From the NCBI GenBank assembly GCA_043753995.1, contig JAYUVP010000249.1, positions 1 through 64,000 on the forward strand: a DNA stretch of 64,000 nt, in the 5' to 3' direction. The number at the start of each line of letters is the position of its first letter. The first letter of the stretch is position 1. The notes under the pieces were generated by a model that saw only the letters and a list, made by a program, of their open reading frames with translations, ran no database searches and had not been told where the DNA came from. Shown here in pieces: positions 9,148 through 20,720 of this stretch. Position numbers and translations under genes: made by a program. The stretch comes from Fibrobacterota bacterium. Its GTDB lineage: Bacteria; Fibrobacterota; Fibrobacteria; UBA11236.

Positions 9148-10608
9148 CTAAAGCGCGCCCTTACCCGACACCACCACCCAGACCGTTCGCAATAAAATGA
9201 TCAGGTCGAGGGATAGGGACATGTTTTCGAAATACCAGAGATCGAAAAGCACCTTGGTTTTCACGTCTTCGATGGAAGAGTCATAGGTGTGCTTGACTTG
9301 GGCCCAGCCGGTGAGTCCGGGTTTCATCTTGAGGCGGCGCAAGTAGAGCGGCACTTCGTGGCGCAATTGATTGATGAAATGCTCGCGCTCGGGTCTGGGT
9401 CCCACGAGGGACATCTCGCCCTTGAGCACATTCCAGAGCTGGGGCAATTCGTCAAGGCGAGTCTTGCGCAGGAGACGTCCCAGGCGTGTTACCCTGGGGT
9501 CTTTCTTGCCCGCCCATTGTGGTCCGCCTTTTTCGGCATCGATGCGCATGCTGCGAAATTTGTGGAGGAAAAAGCGGCGACCGTATTGGCCAATGCGTTC
9601 TTGCGAATAAAAAACCGGACCGGAGGAGTCGAGGCGCACCGCCAGGGCCACGGCGAAAAAAACCGGCGCGCCCAAAAGCATGACCGAAGCGCTTACGGCG
9701 ATGTCCATGAAGCGTTTGAGTTGGGCTTGCCAGGGCGGCAAATGCTCGGGAAAAAGCTCTTTGAGGGCGAGCCCGTGCACGGCATTGGTTTTGAAATGCC
9801 CTGAGGCCGCGTCATAAAGATCGGGTACGATGAAGACCTTGACGGGAAACTCAGCCACATAGGAGAGCACCCGTAATATTTCATTGTGCGATGTGCTTTC
9901 ATGCGATATCACGAGAGCGCCGATATGCTGAGACGAAACGATATGAGGCAATTCGGCATAGCGCCCGAGCACGGGCAAGCCTCTCACTTTCGCATCGCGC
10001 AAGGCCGGGCGCTCATCGGAATAGCCCCAGATTTTCCAGCCCAGCTCCGGAGCTTTTTCGATTTCTGCATGGATGCCTTGGCCCGCATCCGTGGCCCCGA
10101 GTATAAGCAGGCGATCGAGGCCGATGCCGCGCCGCATAAGGCGCAAGGTAAAGGCCTGGGCCGACAAGCGGAAGCCAGCCACCAGAAATAAAATGGTGCT
10201 CCAATAAGTCGCGAAGGCGATGGCGCGCGACCAAGTGAGAATGCCGGAGAGGCGACCGGTATGAAAGGCCAGCAAGGCATCCGAGCCCGTGGCCATGGCG
10301 GCCAAGACCAAACAACCGATAGTGACCTCTTTCGCCACCGCACCCACATGCAAGGCGCGTGACTGCAAAGTCCAATCGCGGTACAAACCAGAAAAGAAGA
10401 AATAGACCATCCAGGCCAAGCTCAAGGCGAAGGTCGGCGGAACATGATGCCAAAAGCTGCGCTGCGGATTAAAGGTGTCAGGAAAAAGCCCACTGAGATA
10501 GCGCAAATAAAAAATGAAGGCAAAGGCCAAATTGAAGGCCACGACATCGGAGAGGAGAAACAGATATTTCTCCACTTGCCGGACGAGGAGGAAACGCGAG
10601 CCTTCCAT
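9148..10608 (-). CDS. Undecaprenyl-phosphate hexose phosphotransferase (WcaJ/WbaP-family priming sugar transferase)
   Basis: N-terminal TMs; CoA-binding-like LILGA domain; KRFMDI, KFRSM, DPRVT, LDELPQLWNVLKGEMSLVGPRPE, KPGLTGWAQV. Start taken at MEGSRF and is uncertain. Confidence 0.92.
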   Translation of the reverse strand: MEGSRFLLVRQVEKYLFLLSDVVAFNLAFAFIFYLRYLSGLFPDTFNPQRSFWHHVPPTFALSLAWMVYFFFSGLYRDWTLQSRALHVGAVAKEVTIGCLVLAAMATGSDALLAFHTGRLSGILTWSRAIAFATYWSTILFLVAGFRLSAQAFTLRLMRRGIGLDRLLILGATDAGQGIHAEIEKAPELGWKIWGYSDERPALRDAKVRGLPVLGRYAELPHIVSSQHIGALVISHESTSHNEILRVLSYVAEFPVKVFIVPDLYDAASGHFKTNAVHGLALKELFPEHLPPWQAQLKRFMDIAVSASVMLLGAPVFFAVALAVRLDSSGPVFYSQERIGQYGRRFFLHKFRSMRIDAEKGGPQWAGKKDPRVTRLGRLLRKTRLDELPQLWNVLKGEMSLVGPRPEREHFINQLRHEVPLYLRRLKMKPGLTGWAQVKHTYDSSIEDVKTKVLFDLWYFENMSLSLDLIILLRTVWVVVSGKGAL

Positions 10609-10734
10609 GAAGGCATTGCAAATTAGCAGGCTTAGCCGCCTAGCCCCACCTTTGCGGGAGAAATAGGCGGAACTCAGGGTCATTTGGGGTATACTTAACT
10701 TGTAAACATGTTTCGAATCGGATCCCAAAGCCTT

Positions 10735-10970
10735 ATGGGCCCAACGGTTTTTAGAGTAGGTTCGTACCGGTTTTTTTCTCAAGAGAAGAACAAAGGAAAC
10801 ATGTCCATATCATGAGCGGAGAGGGTGAAGCGAAATTTTGGATCGAACCCATAGTGGCGCTCGCAGATGCCTCGGGATTGAATACGAAACTATTGCGGGA
10901 GATTCAGAAAATTGTGGAGGAAAGGCGTGATGAAATCGAAAAAAGTTGGAAAATCCATTTCCGCAGCTGA
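10735..10970 (+). pseudogene. DUF4160-family gene (putative TA toxin) broken by a frameshift in a T7 tract
   Basis: MGPTVFRVGSYRFF in one frame, then FSREEQRKHVHIMSGEGEAKFWIEP..EIQKIVEERRDEIEKSWKIHFRS* in the -1 frame. The junction is TTTTTTT at 10771-10777. Confidence 0.75.
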
Positions 10971-11220
10971 GTCAAATGTCGAAGTCAGCGCCATCACAAG
11001 AAACGGCCTATGGATATTAGTGGAAAATTCGGAGTATTTCCTTGATTACGAGGAATACCCCTGGTTCAAAGGCGCACGAACGGATTTCGTTTTCAATGTG
11101 AAATTGTGGAATGGCGGCCATTTGTTCTGGCCTGATTTGGCTGTGGATTTGATGGTGGATGGCTTAGTGAATCGAGAATTGTACCCGTTGGTCGCAAAAC
11201 CACTTAAACGCCGAGCCTGA
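10930..11220 (+). CDS. DUF2442-family protein (putative antitoxin partner of DUF4160)
   Basis: GLWILV..EYFLDYEEYPWFK..LFWPDLAVDL pattern; overlaps the end of the DUF4160-like gene. Confidence 0.8.
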   Translation: MKSKKVGKSISAAESNVEVSAITRNGLWILVENSEYFLDYEEYPWFKGARTDFVFNVKLWNGGHLFWPDLAVDLMVDGLVNRELYPLVAKPLKRRA

Positions 11221-11377
11221 CCCTTCCGCGGTCATTCGCTCCCGCACCTCTTTCCCGTGGCAACAACCCCCCTCCCCGCCTAGGGAATTTGGGCGTAATT
11301 CCTACCTTTGACTGCATTGCTCCCGAGGTTTTGGCCTCGGTGATTTGTTTGATCGCGTCAGGGAAAGGCTATCATCC

Positions 11378-12049
11378 GTGTTTAAGCCCTTATTGCATTC
11401 CAATGGTTTATTATGCCTCGGTTTGGCCCTTTGCTTGATTTTTTTGGGTTTGCCAGCCTTAGGGGCCACTTCGAAAATTCCTGAACGAAACAAGCGGCCT
11501 CGTCTCGACACCGCGGCCATTCGCAAAAATTATCTCGAAGGCGAATTATCCAAGGTCAGCGACTCCTTGGAAGCTTGGAGACAAAATCCCGTGCTAGGTT
11601 CGCATGCGGATTCGGTTTTCGTCTACCGGCATCTCGGCATTGTTTACGCTTCGAATGAAGCGAACCACAATCGCGCCGAAAGCTATTTCAACTTGCTTTT
11701 GCGCTTGGAGCCTGAGTTGGATGTCTTAGACCCATTCGTTTCGAATACGGTCGAAGAGTTCTGGGAGAAGGTGAAATTAAGGCATGCGAAAGTAGCGGGA
11801 AAGCGGCCAGAAGAACCCTCCAAGTTTGGCGAAAGGCCAGAAACCGTTCCCACACCGAACCCCAAGGTCCAAGCCAAGCAGGATGGCGGTTTTCCGTGGC
11901 TGTGGACCCTGGCGGGCACGGCTCTGGTGGGCGGCGCGGTGGCCTTCTATTTCATTAGCCAGGAGACCCCTAGTTCTCCGCCAAGCTCTAATCAAACGGC
12001 CTCGCTCGACACCGCCAATATTTTAATCAAGGTCCCGAAACAGCCATGA
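11378..12049 (+). CDS. Exported TPR-like helical protein with C-terminal membrane segment (paralogue of 61280..62101)
   Basis: Hydrophobic N-terminus; YLEGEL..FVYRHLGIVYA..RAESYFNLLLRLEP; WLWTLAGTALVGGAVAFYF. Start (GTG 11378 vs TTG 11345) uncertain. Confidence 0.65.
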   Translation: MFKPLLHSNGLLCLGLALCLIFLGLPALGATSKIPERNKRPRLDTAAIRKNYLEGELSKVSDSLEAWRQNPVLGSHADSVFVYRHLGIVYASNEANHNRAESYFNLLLRLEPELDVLDPFVSNTVEEFWEKVKLRHAKVAGKRPEEPSKFGERPETVPTPNPKVQAKQDGGFPWLWTLAGTALVGGAVAFYFISQETPSSPPSSNQTASLDTANILIKVPKQP

Positions 12050-13674
12050 AGACCCTACCCCTATTTTCAGGTCAGGTAGCATTACGGTTACGGCTAGGTT
12101 GCTGTGCAGCCATTTTGGTCGCCGCGTTTTCAGCTTGCGCCCCCTCTACGGAAACTCCTTTAGAACCTGATCACAAATACCCAGTCACTTTTGATTTGGC
12201 TTCGGTGGTGAGCGGCATACCCACGGACAGCATGTCGGTGACCATACGCATTAATGATGGCGAGCCCCAGATTATCGTCGTCAATTTCAAAACTGGCGAA
12301 TCGACAACCCGCATTGCGGCCAAGCCGGGCGACACTTTCCAATTGCACTATGAAATTTTCTCCGGCGGTGTGCGCATCGGAAGCGGGCTTTTACGCGGTG
12401 ATTTGAAGGCGGACTTGGCTCAAACCTTAGAGCCAAGCTATGACTCGGCAGCCATCGCCCAGGTCAAGCGAAGCTTGACCGAAGCGCAATTGCTTCCAGC
12501 GAATCTATTTGATCGCTATGCCCTTGCCATCGTCGATATTCCCTTGAGCTTGCGGCTCGATTCCGTTTCAGGAGTGCGCTACACCTGGGCATTAACTCCC
12601 CAGGGTAGCGCCACGGTGACGTCAGAAGGCCAGGTTTTTTCGTGGACTCCATCCTCAGACCTCATCGGCAAATCCATACCCGTCAAGGTCGAGGCCTGGC
12701 GAGGCGCGACACGCGCGGAGGTACGCAATGGCAACATACTGGTTTTAGCCAAAGCCCCGGATGGCCGGCTTCTGCGGTTGACCACGCGTAGCGACACGTC
12801 GGCTCGCAAGGGAACCTTGACTCGCCTTAGTCATTCGGACGGTTTGACCTTGCGGCAGACTTTTGCCGACCTCGATCCCGCCCGTGATGCTATTCCAATC
12901 GCCGTGGACTCGGTTCAACTCGACAATTTCAATCGACCCTTATTGATTCGCAGCGCCTTGAGCTCAGGGGAAACCATGGACTCGGCTTTCACTTGGTCCT
13001 CTTCGGGGCATTTGCTTTCTCTGAAAGTGCGCCAAGGGCCTTCCATTCTGGCGGATAGCTTTACCTGGGTAGAAAATGCGGTGCGAGAAACTCGACATTT
13101 TCAGAATGACAGCCTGATCGAAAGGCTCGTGCATCATCGTGATCAAGATTCCGGTTCCGATACGCTTTTCACCCTTGCCGACAATGGCAAATGGGAAATC
13201 ACTCGTCTTTTCAAAGTGCGTTATGTCGGCGACAAAATCGTCGAAAAAACCTGGTACTTACTGCGTAATGGCTGGCAGGCGAATCGCCGGGAAACCTTTG
13301 TTTATACCGGGCTAGGCGCTCTACTTCGCTACCAGCGTTATCGCGAAGGTGAAAAATCCGAACCGGAAAATTCGGAATGGTGGACTTTTAGCGATGCTGG
13401 CCTGCCGACCCGCCGCATGGGGCGCGACGACAAAACCGGAGAAATTGAATTGGTTCAAGATTTTACCTGGGAGTCGACCTTGGCAAAGCGGTCGATGTCT
13501 GGTTCAGTTTCCGCGCCTACGGGAAGGACGATTCCATCCCATGCGTCCGTGGGTAATGCACTGTCTACTTTGGCCCAATTCCATCGAGACCAAGCTGAAT
13601 TATCGGTGAAATTGCCCCGTCCGGCGAATAGCAAGAACCCCTTCACCTTGCCTGCTTGGCTTTGGAATCGTTGA
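12046..13674 (+). CDS. Hypothetical lipoprotein with Ig-like and YD/RHS-like beta-hairpin repeats
   Basis: Lipobox AFSAC; repeated F/Y-T-W/Y-x-x-x-G-x-L units; ATGA overlap with the upstream gene. Confidence 0.6.
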   Translation: MKTLPLFSGQVALRLRLGCCAAILVAAFSACAPSTETPLEPDHKYPVTFDLASVVSGIPTDSMSVTIRINDGEPQIIVVNFKTGESTTRIAAKPGDTFQLHYEIFSGGVRIGSGLLRGDLKADLAQTLEPSYDSAAIAQVKRSLTEAQLLPANLFDRYALAIVDIPLSLRLDSVSGVRYTWALTPQGSATVTSEGQVFSWTPSSDLIGKSIPVKVEAWRGATRAEVRNGNILVLAKAPDGRLLRLTTRSDTSARKGTLTRLSHSDGLTLRQTFADLDPARDAIPIAVDSVQLDNFNRPLLIRSALSSGETMDSAFTWSSSGHLLSLKVRQGPSILADSFTWVENAVRETRHFQNDSLIERLVHHRDQDSGSDTLFTLADNGKWEITRLFKVRYVGDKIVEKTWYLLRNGWQANRRETFVYTGLGALLRYQRYREGEKSEPENSEWWTFSDAGLPTRRMGRDDKTGEIELVQDFTWESTLAKRSMSGSVSAPTGRTIPSHASVGNALSTLAQFHRDQAELSVKLPRPANSKNPFTLPAWLWNR

Positions 13675-13675
13675 T

Positions 13676-15808
13676 ATGAAATCCTTTGCACTTCGCCTAT
13701 CATTTAAGTCCACCTGGATTGCCATTTCATTCCTGGGAATTTTTCTTGCCTCACCACGCGCACTCGAAACCGTCTACACGCCCTTCAAAGACGGCTTCGC
13801 CAATCCCCAGCATTTCAATGGCACCTCGCGCGCTTTGCAATTGCGCTCGGGCGACAGCAAGGCCTGGGTGCAACATGCGCTGCCCAATGCCGCCGGCGCG
13901 GATCTCATCGCCGCCCGGCTTTCTGTCTTCGTAAAGGACGTGGTGCGCGATGGCAGCCTCAAAGTTTATTTGGCCTCTTCGCCACGCGGTCTAGAACATC
14001 AGACCCGCTTCGACGAACTCAAGGCCAATGGCGACGCCGTCGGCAGCTTCTCCATCAAGGCCCGCGATCATATTGAGGAACAAATCAGCATTCCCCTGTC
14101 GGATGCCTTTGTCAAAGCTGTGCAATCCGGGAAATTCGTAGGCCTTTTGCTGGAGGCCGCCGACGGCCTCAATGCCGAAGTCGGCGCGGTGGAAGATTCC
14201 CGCGGCGGTTTGCTTTACCTCACCTATTCGGCAGGCCAAAAAATCGGCCAAGATATTTTGGACAGTGTTGCGGCGAGGGTTTTGACCAAAACCGGCGTCG
14301 ATGTACAAGCTGTGATTGGTCCCAAGGGCGATACTGGGGCGAGGGGTCCCAAGGGCGACAAAGGGGATCCCGGTTCGATAGGGCCTCCGGGTCCGGGAGG
14401 TTCGGTGGGCCCAGCGGGAGTGGCGGGATCCAAGGGCGATAAGGGTGACCCCGGGGCTACCGGTGCCATGGGTGCTACCGGTCCCAAGGGGGATACTGGC
14501 CCGGCCGGACCGAGCGGATCGGCGGCTGTCTTGAGCCAAATCCCGGGCAAGGCGAGCCGGTTGCAGATTGAGGCAGACTCGGTAAATGGTTTGGCGGGTC
14601 GGCTGGGTGCGAAGGCTGATACCACGGCGATGAATGCTGCGTTGGCGTTCAAGGCGAATCAGGCGGCGATGACGACGGCCTTGGCGGGGAAAGCGGATCA
14701 AAATACGGTTACTGCGGCGCTGGCGACCAAGGCAGATGCATCAGCATTGGCAGCGAAAGCGAATTTGAGTGGAGGGAGCTTTACAGGAAATGTGGGTATC
14801 GGCGCTCTTGCAGGCGGGGCTAAGCTTCAGGTAGCGAGTGGTAAAACCAAGGTCAACTTGGGTATGGATAGCACGGGCTTAGGTGGATCCTTTTTGGCCA
14901 TTTACAATGATTCGGGATCGGTCATGGATTTTTCCGCTTACAAATACGGATTGGCCGTTGGTTTTGGACCCAATTACACCATTAATTCGAGTAATGGTAC
15001 CGGCGAGATGGCGCGTAGAGGGAACAAGAAGGCGCCTTTTATCTGGATGGACGCGAATAATGGTTCGGTTTCCATTTATGGCGAAAATGGATCGGGTAGC
15101 GACTATCGACCAACTTCGGCGACTATGGGTTTGCACGTAACTTCCATTGGAAACGTAGGAGTTGGAACAACTAGCCCAGGCACAAAATTCGTCGTTTCCC
15201 GCAGTGAAAATGATAGCGCAGCTCCATGCTATTTGCGGGTGGAATCGTTGGGTAGCCCACTCTACGGAGAAACGGGTATGGGGCTTATGGCCGGCGGAAT
15301 GCGCTGGGACTGGTTCATGGACGATGCCTCCGGCAATGATCTCGGTGTGGGAAAGTTCGGCCTGTGGCAATCGACCGGTGGCCTGCGAATGGCTTTTGCA
15401 ACAGATGGTTCAGTCGGTATAGGTATTCGTAACCCGCGCAGCCTTTTGGATGTGGCAGGCCCAGTGCATGCGATATCATTTCCTACCGATTCGGATCGAC
15501 GCTTGAAAAAAGACGTCAAACCCATAAACCAAGGTTTGGAAAAAGTGATGGCTTTGCAAGGCGTGAGCTATCAATGGAATGACAATGCTGCGGATTACCT
15601 CAAGCGGGATAAAGGGATTCATCTCGGCTTCATCGCTCAAGACGTGGAAAAGATTCTCCCCGAAATTGTCGCCACCGATTCAGCAGGCTTCAAGTCCATG
15701 GATTATTCTCGCATCGTTCCCGTTCTGGTCGAAGCGATGAAAGAGTTGTCACGCAAGAACGATGAATTGACGCGTCGCTTAGACGCGATGAAAGCGAAAG
15801 TGCCATGA
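13676..15808 (+). CDS. Secreted collagen-like/tail-fibre-like protein with C-terminal peptidase S74 intramolecular chaperone
   Basis: Signal peptide; G-X-Y run (GPKGDTG..); LAxKAD coiled repeats; [14 protein letters not shown] repeats; [30 protein letters not shown]. Confidence 0.85.
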   Translation: MKSFALRLSFKSTWIAISFLGIFLASPRALETVYTPFKDGFANPQHFNGTSRALQLRSGDSKAWVQHALPNAAGADLIAARLSVFVKDVVRDGSLKVYLASSPRGLEHQTRFDELKANGDAVGSFSIKARDHIEEQISIPLSDAFVKAVQSGKFVGLLLEAADGLNAEVGAVEDSRGGLLYLTYSAGQKIGQDILDSVAARVLTKTGVDVQAVIGPKGDTGARGPKGDKGDPGSIGPPGPGGSVGPAGVAGSKGDKGDPGATGAMGATGPKGDTGPAGPSGSAAVLSQIPGKASRLQIEADSVNGLAGRLGAKADTTAMNAALAFKANQAAMTTALAGKADQNTVTAALATKADASALAAKANLSGGSFTGNVGIGALAGGAKLQVASGKTKVNLGMDSTGLGGSFLAIYNDSGSVMDFSAYKYGLAVGFGPNYTINSSNGTGEMARRGNKKAPFIWMDANNGSVSIYGENGSGSDYRPTSATMGLHVTSIGNVGVGTTSPGTKFVVSRSENDSAAPCYLRVESLGSPLYGETGMGLMAGGMRWDWFMDDASGNDLGVGKFGLWQSTGGLRMAFATDGSVGIGIRNPRSLLDVAGPVHAISFPTDSDRRLKKDVKPINQGLEKVMALQGVSYQWNDNAADYLKRDKGIHLGFIAQDVEKILPEIVATDSAGFKSMDYSRIVPVLVEAMKELSRKNDELTRRLDAMKAKVP
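13760..14698 (+). repeat. Duplicated constant region, copy 1
   Basis: Near-identical to 15895..16823; differences mostly at third codon positions. Confidence 0.95.
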
Positions 15809-18225
15809 CACCCATATTTCAAAACCTTGGCCTTTCGCGTAAAGCAATGTCTTCCGTCTTATGCGCCGCCCTTATCTTGATTTCCTCACCCAAAGCACTC
15901 GAAACCGTCTACACGCCTTTCAAAGACGGCTTCGCCAATCCCCAGCATTTCAATGGCACCTCGCGGGCCCTGCAATTGCGTTCGGGCGACAGCAAGGCCT
16001 GGGTACAACATGCTTTGCCCGATGCCGCCGGCGCGGATCTCATCGCCGCCCGGCTTTCTGTCTTCGTTAAGGACGTGGTGCGCGACGGCAGTCTCAAGGT
16101 TTATCTGGCCACTTCGCCGCGTGGCCTGGAGCATCAAACCCGCTTTGATGAGCTCAAGGCTAATGGCGATGCCATCGGCAGCTTCTCCATCAAGGCTCGC
16201 GATCATATCGAAGAGCAAATCAGCATTCCCCTGTCCGAAGCCTTTGTCAAAGCCGTGCAGTCCGGGAAATTCGTGGGGCTTTTGCTTGAGGCTGCCGACG
16301 GCCTCAATGCCGAAGTCGGCGCGGTGGAAGACTCTCGGGGAGGCTTGCTTTACCTCTCCTATTCGGCGGGCCAAAAAATCGGCCAAGATATTTTGGATAG
16401 TGTGGCGGCGAGGGTTTTGACTAAGGCGGGAGTCGACGTTCAAGCTGTGATTGGCCCCAAGGGCGATACGGGGGCGAGGGGGCCAAAGGGTGATAAAGGC
16501 GATCCAGGTTCGATAGGCCCCCCGGGTCCCGCGGGCTCGGTAGGCCCGGCAGGAGTGGCGGGATCCAAGGGCGACAAAGGTGACCCCGGCGCTACCGGTG
16601 CCACGGGTGCTACTGGGGCTCAGGGTGCTGCAGGACCGAGCGGATCGGCGGCCATCTTGAGCCAAATCCCGGGCAAGGCCAGCAGGGCTCAGCTAGAGGC
16701 TGATTCGGTAAACGGTTTGGCGGCGCGACTGGGAGCGAAGGCCGATACGACCGCGATGAATGCCGCGCTGGCAGGTAAAGCGAATCAAGCGGCGATGACG
16801 ACGGCGTTGGCGGGGAAGGTGGATTTGAGTTCACTATCAGGCAAAGCCGATTTAGGCGGCGCAAACTTTACAGGTAGGCTAGGAATTGGAACCTCTAGCC
16901 CAAGGACCATGCTCGATGTCAATGTCACCACACCCGCATTCAATGTGGATACCGTTTTGGCATTTTTCACCCACCGTACCCCAAGCGGGCGGACGGCTGA
17001 TTTGAGATTGGATTATCGTGGCGCAAGTCTGGGAGATGGGTGGCTAGCCTTCAGGGAGGATCGCGCTGGAGCAGATTTCATGAGGGTGAATATGCTATCG
17101 AGTGGGGCAGGGCAACGGGTCATTTTCCCCAATGGAAAAGTGGGTATCGGGACCTCTACTCCAAGAGGTCTATTCGATGTCCTTGGCGGTGTGGCGTCAA
17201 CAGGAGCGGGATCGCCAATAATTGTTGAAGGTCAAACTGGGGCCGCGGGTGCAAATGGTGGAAATATCACCTTGAATGCAGGACCTAATGGTTCGGGAGG
17301 GCTAAATGGTCGTCTGCTTTTCGGTACGGGTGGCGTTCTCAATGCTTCCGGAAATTTCAATTCGGGGGAAAGAATGCGTATTGAGCCCAATGGAGATGTG
17401 GGCATCGGTACCTTTTTGCGAAACTCAAGCGCCATACCATTAGCGACCTTAGACGTATATGGATGGTTAAGGGAAAGCACCCAGCACACGCTCAGGACGG
17501 AAGCAAATTATGGCAGTGGGGTGACCGGCAATTATGTAGCCAATGAAATGATTGCGAGCTATGGGAACAGCTCCACCGGAACTTTAACTGGACTTCAAGT
17601 GGATGTCAGTTCCGGAGACAATTTGGATCTGGATAGAGTAGCGGCCAATTTTTCAGGGGGTCGTGTGAATATCAATGCACGAGGTGATTCCTCAACGCTC
17701 GACATCACTAAGTCAGGTGGTTCAGGGCCGATTTTTCGGGTCTTTAAGGACGAACCAAAGTCACAGGCACAGTTGCTTTTTGAAATCAAACGTGACGGCT
17801 CGATTACCGTTCCTGGAACCCTTACCGTAAATCACTTATCAAAGTCAACAAGTACCTTCGACATCCCTCACCCCGACCCTGAAAAGGCCGCCAAAGGGTT
17901 GCATCTTCGCCATTCGCTCGTGGAATCGCCAACACGTGGCGACAATCTCTATCGCTACCAGGTGCAAATCCGCAATGGATTCGGAGTTGTCCAGCTCCCC
18001 GATTATTTCCGGCACCTCAATGAATACCCGCAGGTATGGCTTTCCCCCGTCGGCCAGTTCGGACAAGCTTACGGCGAAGTGAATTCTGAATTATCCGAAG
18101 TGGAAGTGCACGCCGATCGTGACGGTATTTATAATGTGCTCGTCATCGGCACCCGCCGCGACCTCGATGCACATCGCGGGTGGGACAGCCTGGGCATAGA
18201 ATACTTGAAGCCGGTTTCGCCTTAA
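15805..18225 (+). CDS. Second secreted collagen-like/tail-fibre-like protein; same N-half, different C-terminal tip
   Basis: [13 protein letters not shown] shared with the previous gene; [17 protein letters not shown] repeats; C-terminal [20 protein letters not shown] domain instead of S74. Confidence 0.8.
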   Translation: MTPIFQNLGLSRKAMSSVLCAALILISSPKALETVYTPFKDGFANPQHFNGTSRALQLRSGDSKAWVQHALPDAAGADLIAARLSVFVKDVVRDGSLKVYLATSPRGLEHQTRFDELKANGDAIGSFSIKARDHIEEQISIPLSEAFVKAVQSGKFVGLLLEAADGLNAEVGAVEDSRGGLLYLSYSAGQKIGQDILDSVAARVLTKAGVDVQAVIGPKGDTGARGPKGDKGDPGSIGPPGPAGSVGPAGVAGSKGDKGDPGATGATGATGAQGAAGPSGSAAILSQIPGKASRAQLEADSVNGLAARLGAKADTTAMNAALAGKANQAAMTTALAGKVDLSSLSGKADLGGANFTGRLGIGTSSPRTMLDVNVTTPAFNVDTVLAFFTHRTPSGRTADLRLDYRGASLGDGWLAFREDRAGADFMRVNMLSSGAGQRVIFPNGKVGIGTSTPRGLFDVLGGVASTGAGSPIIVEGQTGAAGANGGNITLNAGPNGSGGLNGRLLFGTGGVLNASGNFNSGERMRIEPNGDVGIGTFLRNSSAIPLATLDVYGWLRESTQHTLRTEANYGSGVTGNYVANEMIASYGNSSTGTLTGLQVDVSSGDNLDLDRVAANFSGGRVNINARGDSSTLDITKSGGSGPIFRVFKDEPKSQAQLLFEIKRDGSITVPGTLTVNHLSKSTSTFDIPHPDPEKAAKGLHLRHSLVESPTRGDNLYRYQVQIRNGFGVVQLPDYFRHLNEYPQVWLSPVGQFGQAYGEVNSELSEVEVHADRDGIYNVLVIGTRRDLDAHRGWDSLGIEYLKPVSP
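15895..16823 (+). repeat. Duplicated constant region, copy 2
   Basis: Near-identical to 13760..14698, one collagen triplet shorter. Confidence 0.95.
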
Positions 18226-18235
18226 CGACGAAAGT

Positions 18236-19558
18236 CTATCGCCAAAACCGCAGCACCTGGGTTTTGGCGGTAATGACGTCAAGGGCGTCAATGCGAGCCA
18301 GAGCCTGGCGCACTTGAGCATGCTTGACGGTATGCGTGGTGATGAAAACCGGGACATTTTCAGGGTCATGTTCGGGCTTTTGAAATAACGCGCGTATGCT
18401 GATGCCAGCCTCGCCTAAAATGCCAGTGACCTTGGCGAGCACCCCGGGTCGGTCTAGCGTTGTCAAGCGCAAGAAATATTCGGTTTCGAGTTCGTCGATG
18501 GGTTTGAGCGGGGCGACATTGTCGGCAGCAAACCAAGACAAGTCAGGTGGCTCGGCATGTCCGGTTGCCATTTGCCTGGCCACGGTCACTAGATCCGAAA
18601 GCACCGAGCTGGCCGTGGGCAGTTTTCCTGCTCCTGCTCCGGTCACCAAAAGCGGGCCGACGGCCGAAGTTTTGAGATAGACGGCATTCAATACGCCATT
18701 CACAGCTGCCAATTGATGCGCCTTTTCCACCAAGGCCGGATACACGGCGGCGAAAATGCGACCATCGGCATCTTGCGACACCACGCCCAAGAGTTTCACC
18801 ACGAAGCCCAGTTCGTCCGCCATGGCAATGTCGAGAGCCGAAACGCCGCGAATGCCTTCGACATGCAAAGAGCGAAAGTCCACATGGCAACCATAGGCCA
18901 AGGACGCCAGCAAAGACACCTTGTGTAAGGCATCCCATCCGTCGATGTCGAAAGTGGGATCGGCTTCGGCATAACCCAGGCGCTGGGCTTCGCTCAAGGC
19001 GGCGCCAAAGCTTTCGCCGCGCTGCGACATTTGCGTCAGGATATAATTGCAAGTGCCGTTAATGATGCAGGCCAATCCCCGTATGTCATTGCCGATCAGG
19101 CTTTCTTCCAGGGTTTTGATAATGGGTATGCCGCCGCCCACAGCGGCCTCGAAAGCCAGAAACCGCTTATGCTTGGCCGCCATGGGAAATAGGCTGGTGC
19201 CGTGCTTGGCCAGTAAGGCCTTGTTTGCGGTGATGACATGCTTGCCCGCTGCCAGGGCTGCCGACACGGCTTCCCGGGGCGCATCCTCTCCGCCGGCGAC
19301 TTCGACGAGGATGTCGATATCGGGATGATTGGCCAATGCCAAAGCGTCGTTAGTTAGGAAAGGCGCCGTCGACCCGGCTGCAGCGGGGCCAAGCAAGGCG
19401 AGCGCGGCTTGCAGGGATTTATCGCTGCGAGCGCAAAGCACGGTCACCCGAAAATCAAAGCCCAATTTGCCGATGAAAAAGGGCCGTTGGCTGCGGAGCA
19501 ATTCCAAAACACCCTGGCCTACTGTGCCCACACCTAAGAGTCCGACGCGAATTTGCAT
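18236..19558 (-). CDS. hom: Homoserine dehydrogenase (with C-terminal ACT domain)
   Basis: GLLGVGTVG, HVITANK, FEAAVGGGIP, INGTCNYIL, GYAEADPTFD, GAGAGKLPTAS, DRPGVLA. Confidence 0.95.
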   Translation of the reverse strand: MQIRVGLLGVGTVGQGVLELLRSQRPFFIGKLGFDFRVTVLCARSDKSLQAALALLGPAAAGSTAPFLTNDALALANHPDIDILVEVAGGEDAPREAVSAALAAGKHVITANKALLAKHGTSLFPMAAKHKRFLAFEAAVGGGIPIIKTLEESLIGNDIRGLACIINGTCNYILTQMSQRGESFGAALSEAQRLGYAEADPTFDIDGWDALHKVSLLASLAYGCHVDFRSLHVEGIRGVSALDIAMADELGFVVKLLGVVSQDADGRIFAAVYPALVEKAHQLAAVNGVLNAVYLKTSAVGPLLVTGAGAGKLPTASSVLSDLVTVARQMATGHAEPPDLSWFAADNVAPLKPIDELETEYFLRLTTLDRPGVLAKVTGILGEAGISIRALFQKPEHDPENVPVFITTHTVKHAQVRQALARIDALDVITAKTQVLRFWR

Positions 19559-19676
19559 GGGGGAAAGGTAGCTAGGTGGTAGTAGTGGGGGCGTAAACCG
19601 AGGTTTTTCTACTTTCTTGGGGCTCGGTTTCCTTGTTTGGGAAAATCGCCAAGGTTTTAATCGAAAGGTTGCTGTC

Positions 19677-20720
19677 ATGTCCAAGAAAGTCGCCCTTATT
19701 ACCGGAATCACGGGACAGGACGGATCTTATCTCGCGGAGCTGTTGCTGGAAAAAGGCTATGACATCCATGGCATCATTCGTCGGACGAGCTTGTTCAACC
19801 GCACCCGCATTGAGGATGTACGCGAGGCTGCCAAGAAAAACAACCAGGTTTACGACTTGCATTATGGCGACATGGGCGACAGCAGTAGCCTTAACCGCAT
19901 TGTAGCCGAAGTTCGTCCCGATGAGGTTTACAATCTTGCCGCTCAAAGCCATGTCAAGGTTTCATTTGATTCGCCCGAATTTACGGCGGATGTGGATGGA
20001 ACCGGAGTTTTGCGTTTGCTGGAAGCCATACGCAGCAATAAATTGAATTCACGCTTTTACCAGGCGTCCACCTCCGAACTTTATGGCAAGGTCGTTGAAA
20101 CTCCGCAAAGCGAGACGACGCCTTTTTATCCCAGGTCGCCCTATGGCGTGGCGAAGCTATATGGTTTTTGGATCGTGAAGAATTACCGTGAATCATACAA
20201 CATGCATGCGAGCAACGGTATTCTGTTCAACCATGAATCTCCGCGTCGCGGCGAAAATTTCGTGACACGAAAAGTCACTTTGTCCTTGGCACGCATCAAG
20301 GCGGGTTTGCAGTCCTCGTTGCGTATCGGCAATATGGATGCGAAGCGCGATTGGGGCCATGCCCAAGACTATGTCGAGATGATGTGGCTGATGCTTCAAC
20401 AGCCTGAACCCGACGATTATGTGGCCGCTACGGGTGAAACCCATACGGTACGCGAATTCATCGAAAAAGCGGCGCCGTTTGCGGGCTATGATATTGCATG
20501 GGAAGGCGAAGGCGACACCGAAATCGGCCGAGACAAAAAGTCAGGCAAGGTTATTGTCGAGGTCGACCCGAAATTTTATCGCCCGGCGGAAGTCGAATTG
20601 CTTCTCGGCGATCCAACCAAGGCCAAAACCAAGCTGGGATGGAAACCTAAGATCACTTTTGAAAAATTGATTGAAGTGATGATGAAGGCTGATTTGGAGG
20701 GGTTAGGCAAGGGTTTGTGA
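19677..20720 (+). CDS. gmd: GDP-mannose 4,6-dehydratase
   Basis: [56 protein letters not shown]. Confidence 0.97.
   Translation: MSKKVALITGITGQDGSYLAELLLEKGYDIHGIIRRTSLFNRTRIEDVREAAKKNNQVYDLHYGDMGDSSSLNRIVAEVRPDEVYNLAAQSHVKVSFDSPEFTADVDGTGVLRLLEAIRSNKLNSRFYQASTSELYGKVVETPQSETTPFYPRSPYGVAKLYGFWIVKNYRESYNMHASNGILFNHESPRRGENFVTRKVTLSLARIKAGLQSSLRIGNMDAKRDWGHAQDYVEMMWLMLQQPEPDDYVAATGETHTVREFIEKAAPFAGYDIAWEGEGDTEIGRDKKSGKVIVEVDPKFYRPAEVELLLGDPTKAKTKLGWKPKITFEKLIEVMMKADLEGLGKGL

Noticed and set aside
8430..9200. Short ORFs in the structured intergenic region
   Set aside because: No recognisable motifs or RBS; the composition reflects GC-rich palindromes.
13760..16823. DGR template/variable repeat or shufflon
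   Set aside because: Differences are mostly synonymous and not adenine-specific; no reverse transcriptase or invertase in the window.
13676..18225. Prophage, suggested by tail-fibre and S74 domains
   Set aside because: No other phage genes; the proteins have signal peptides and sit in a cellular operon.
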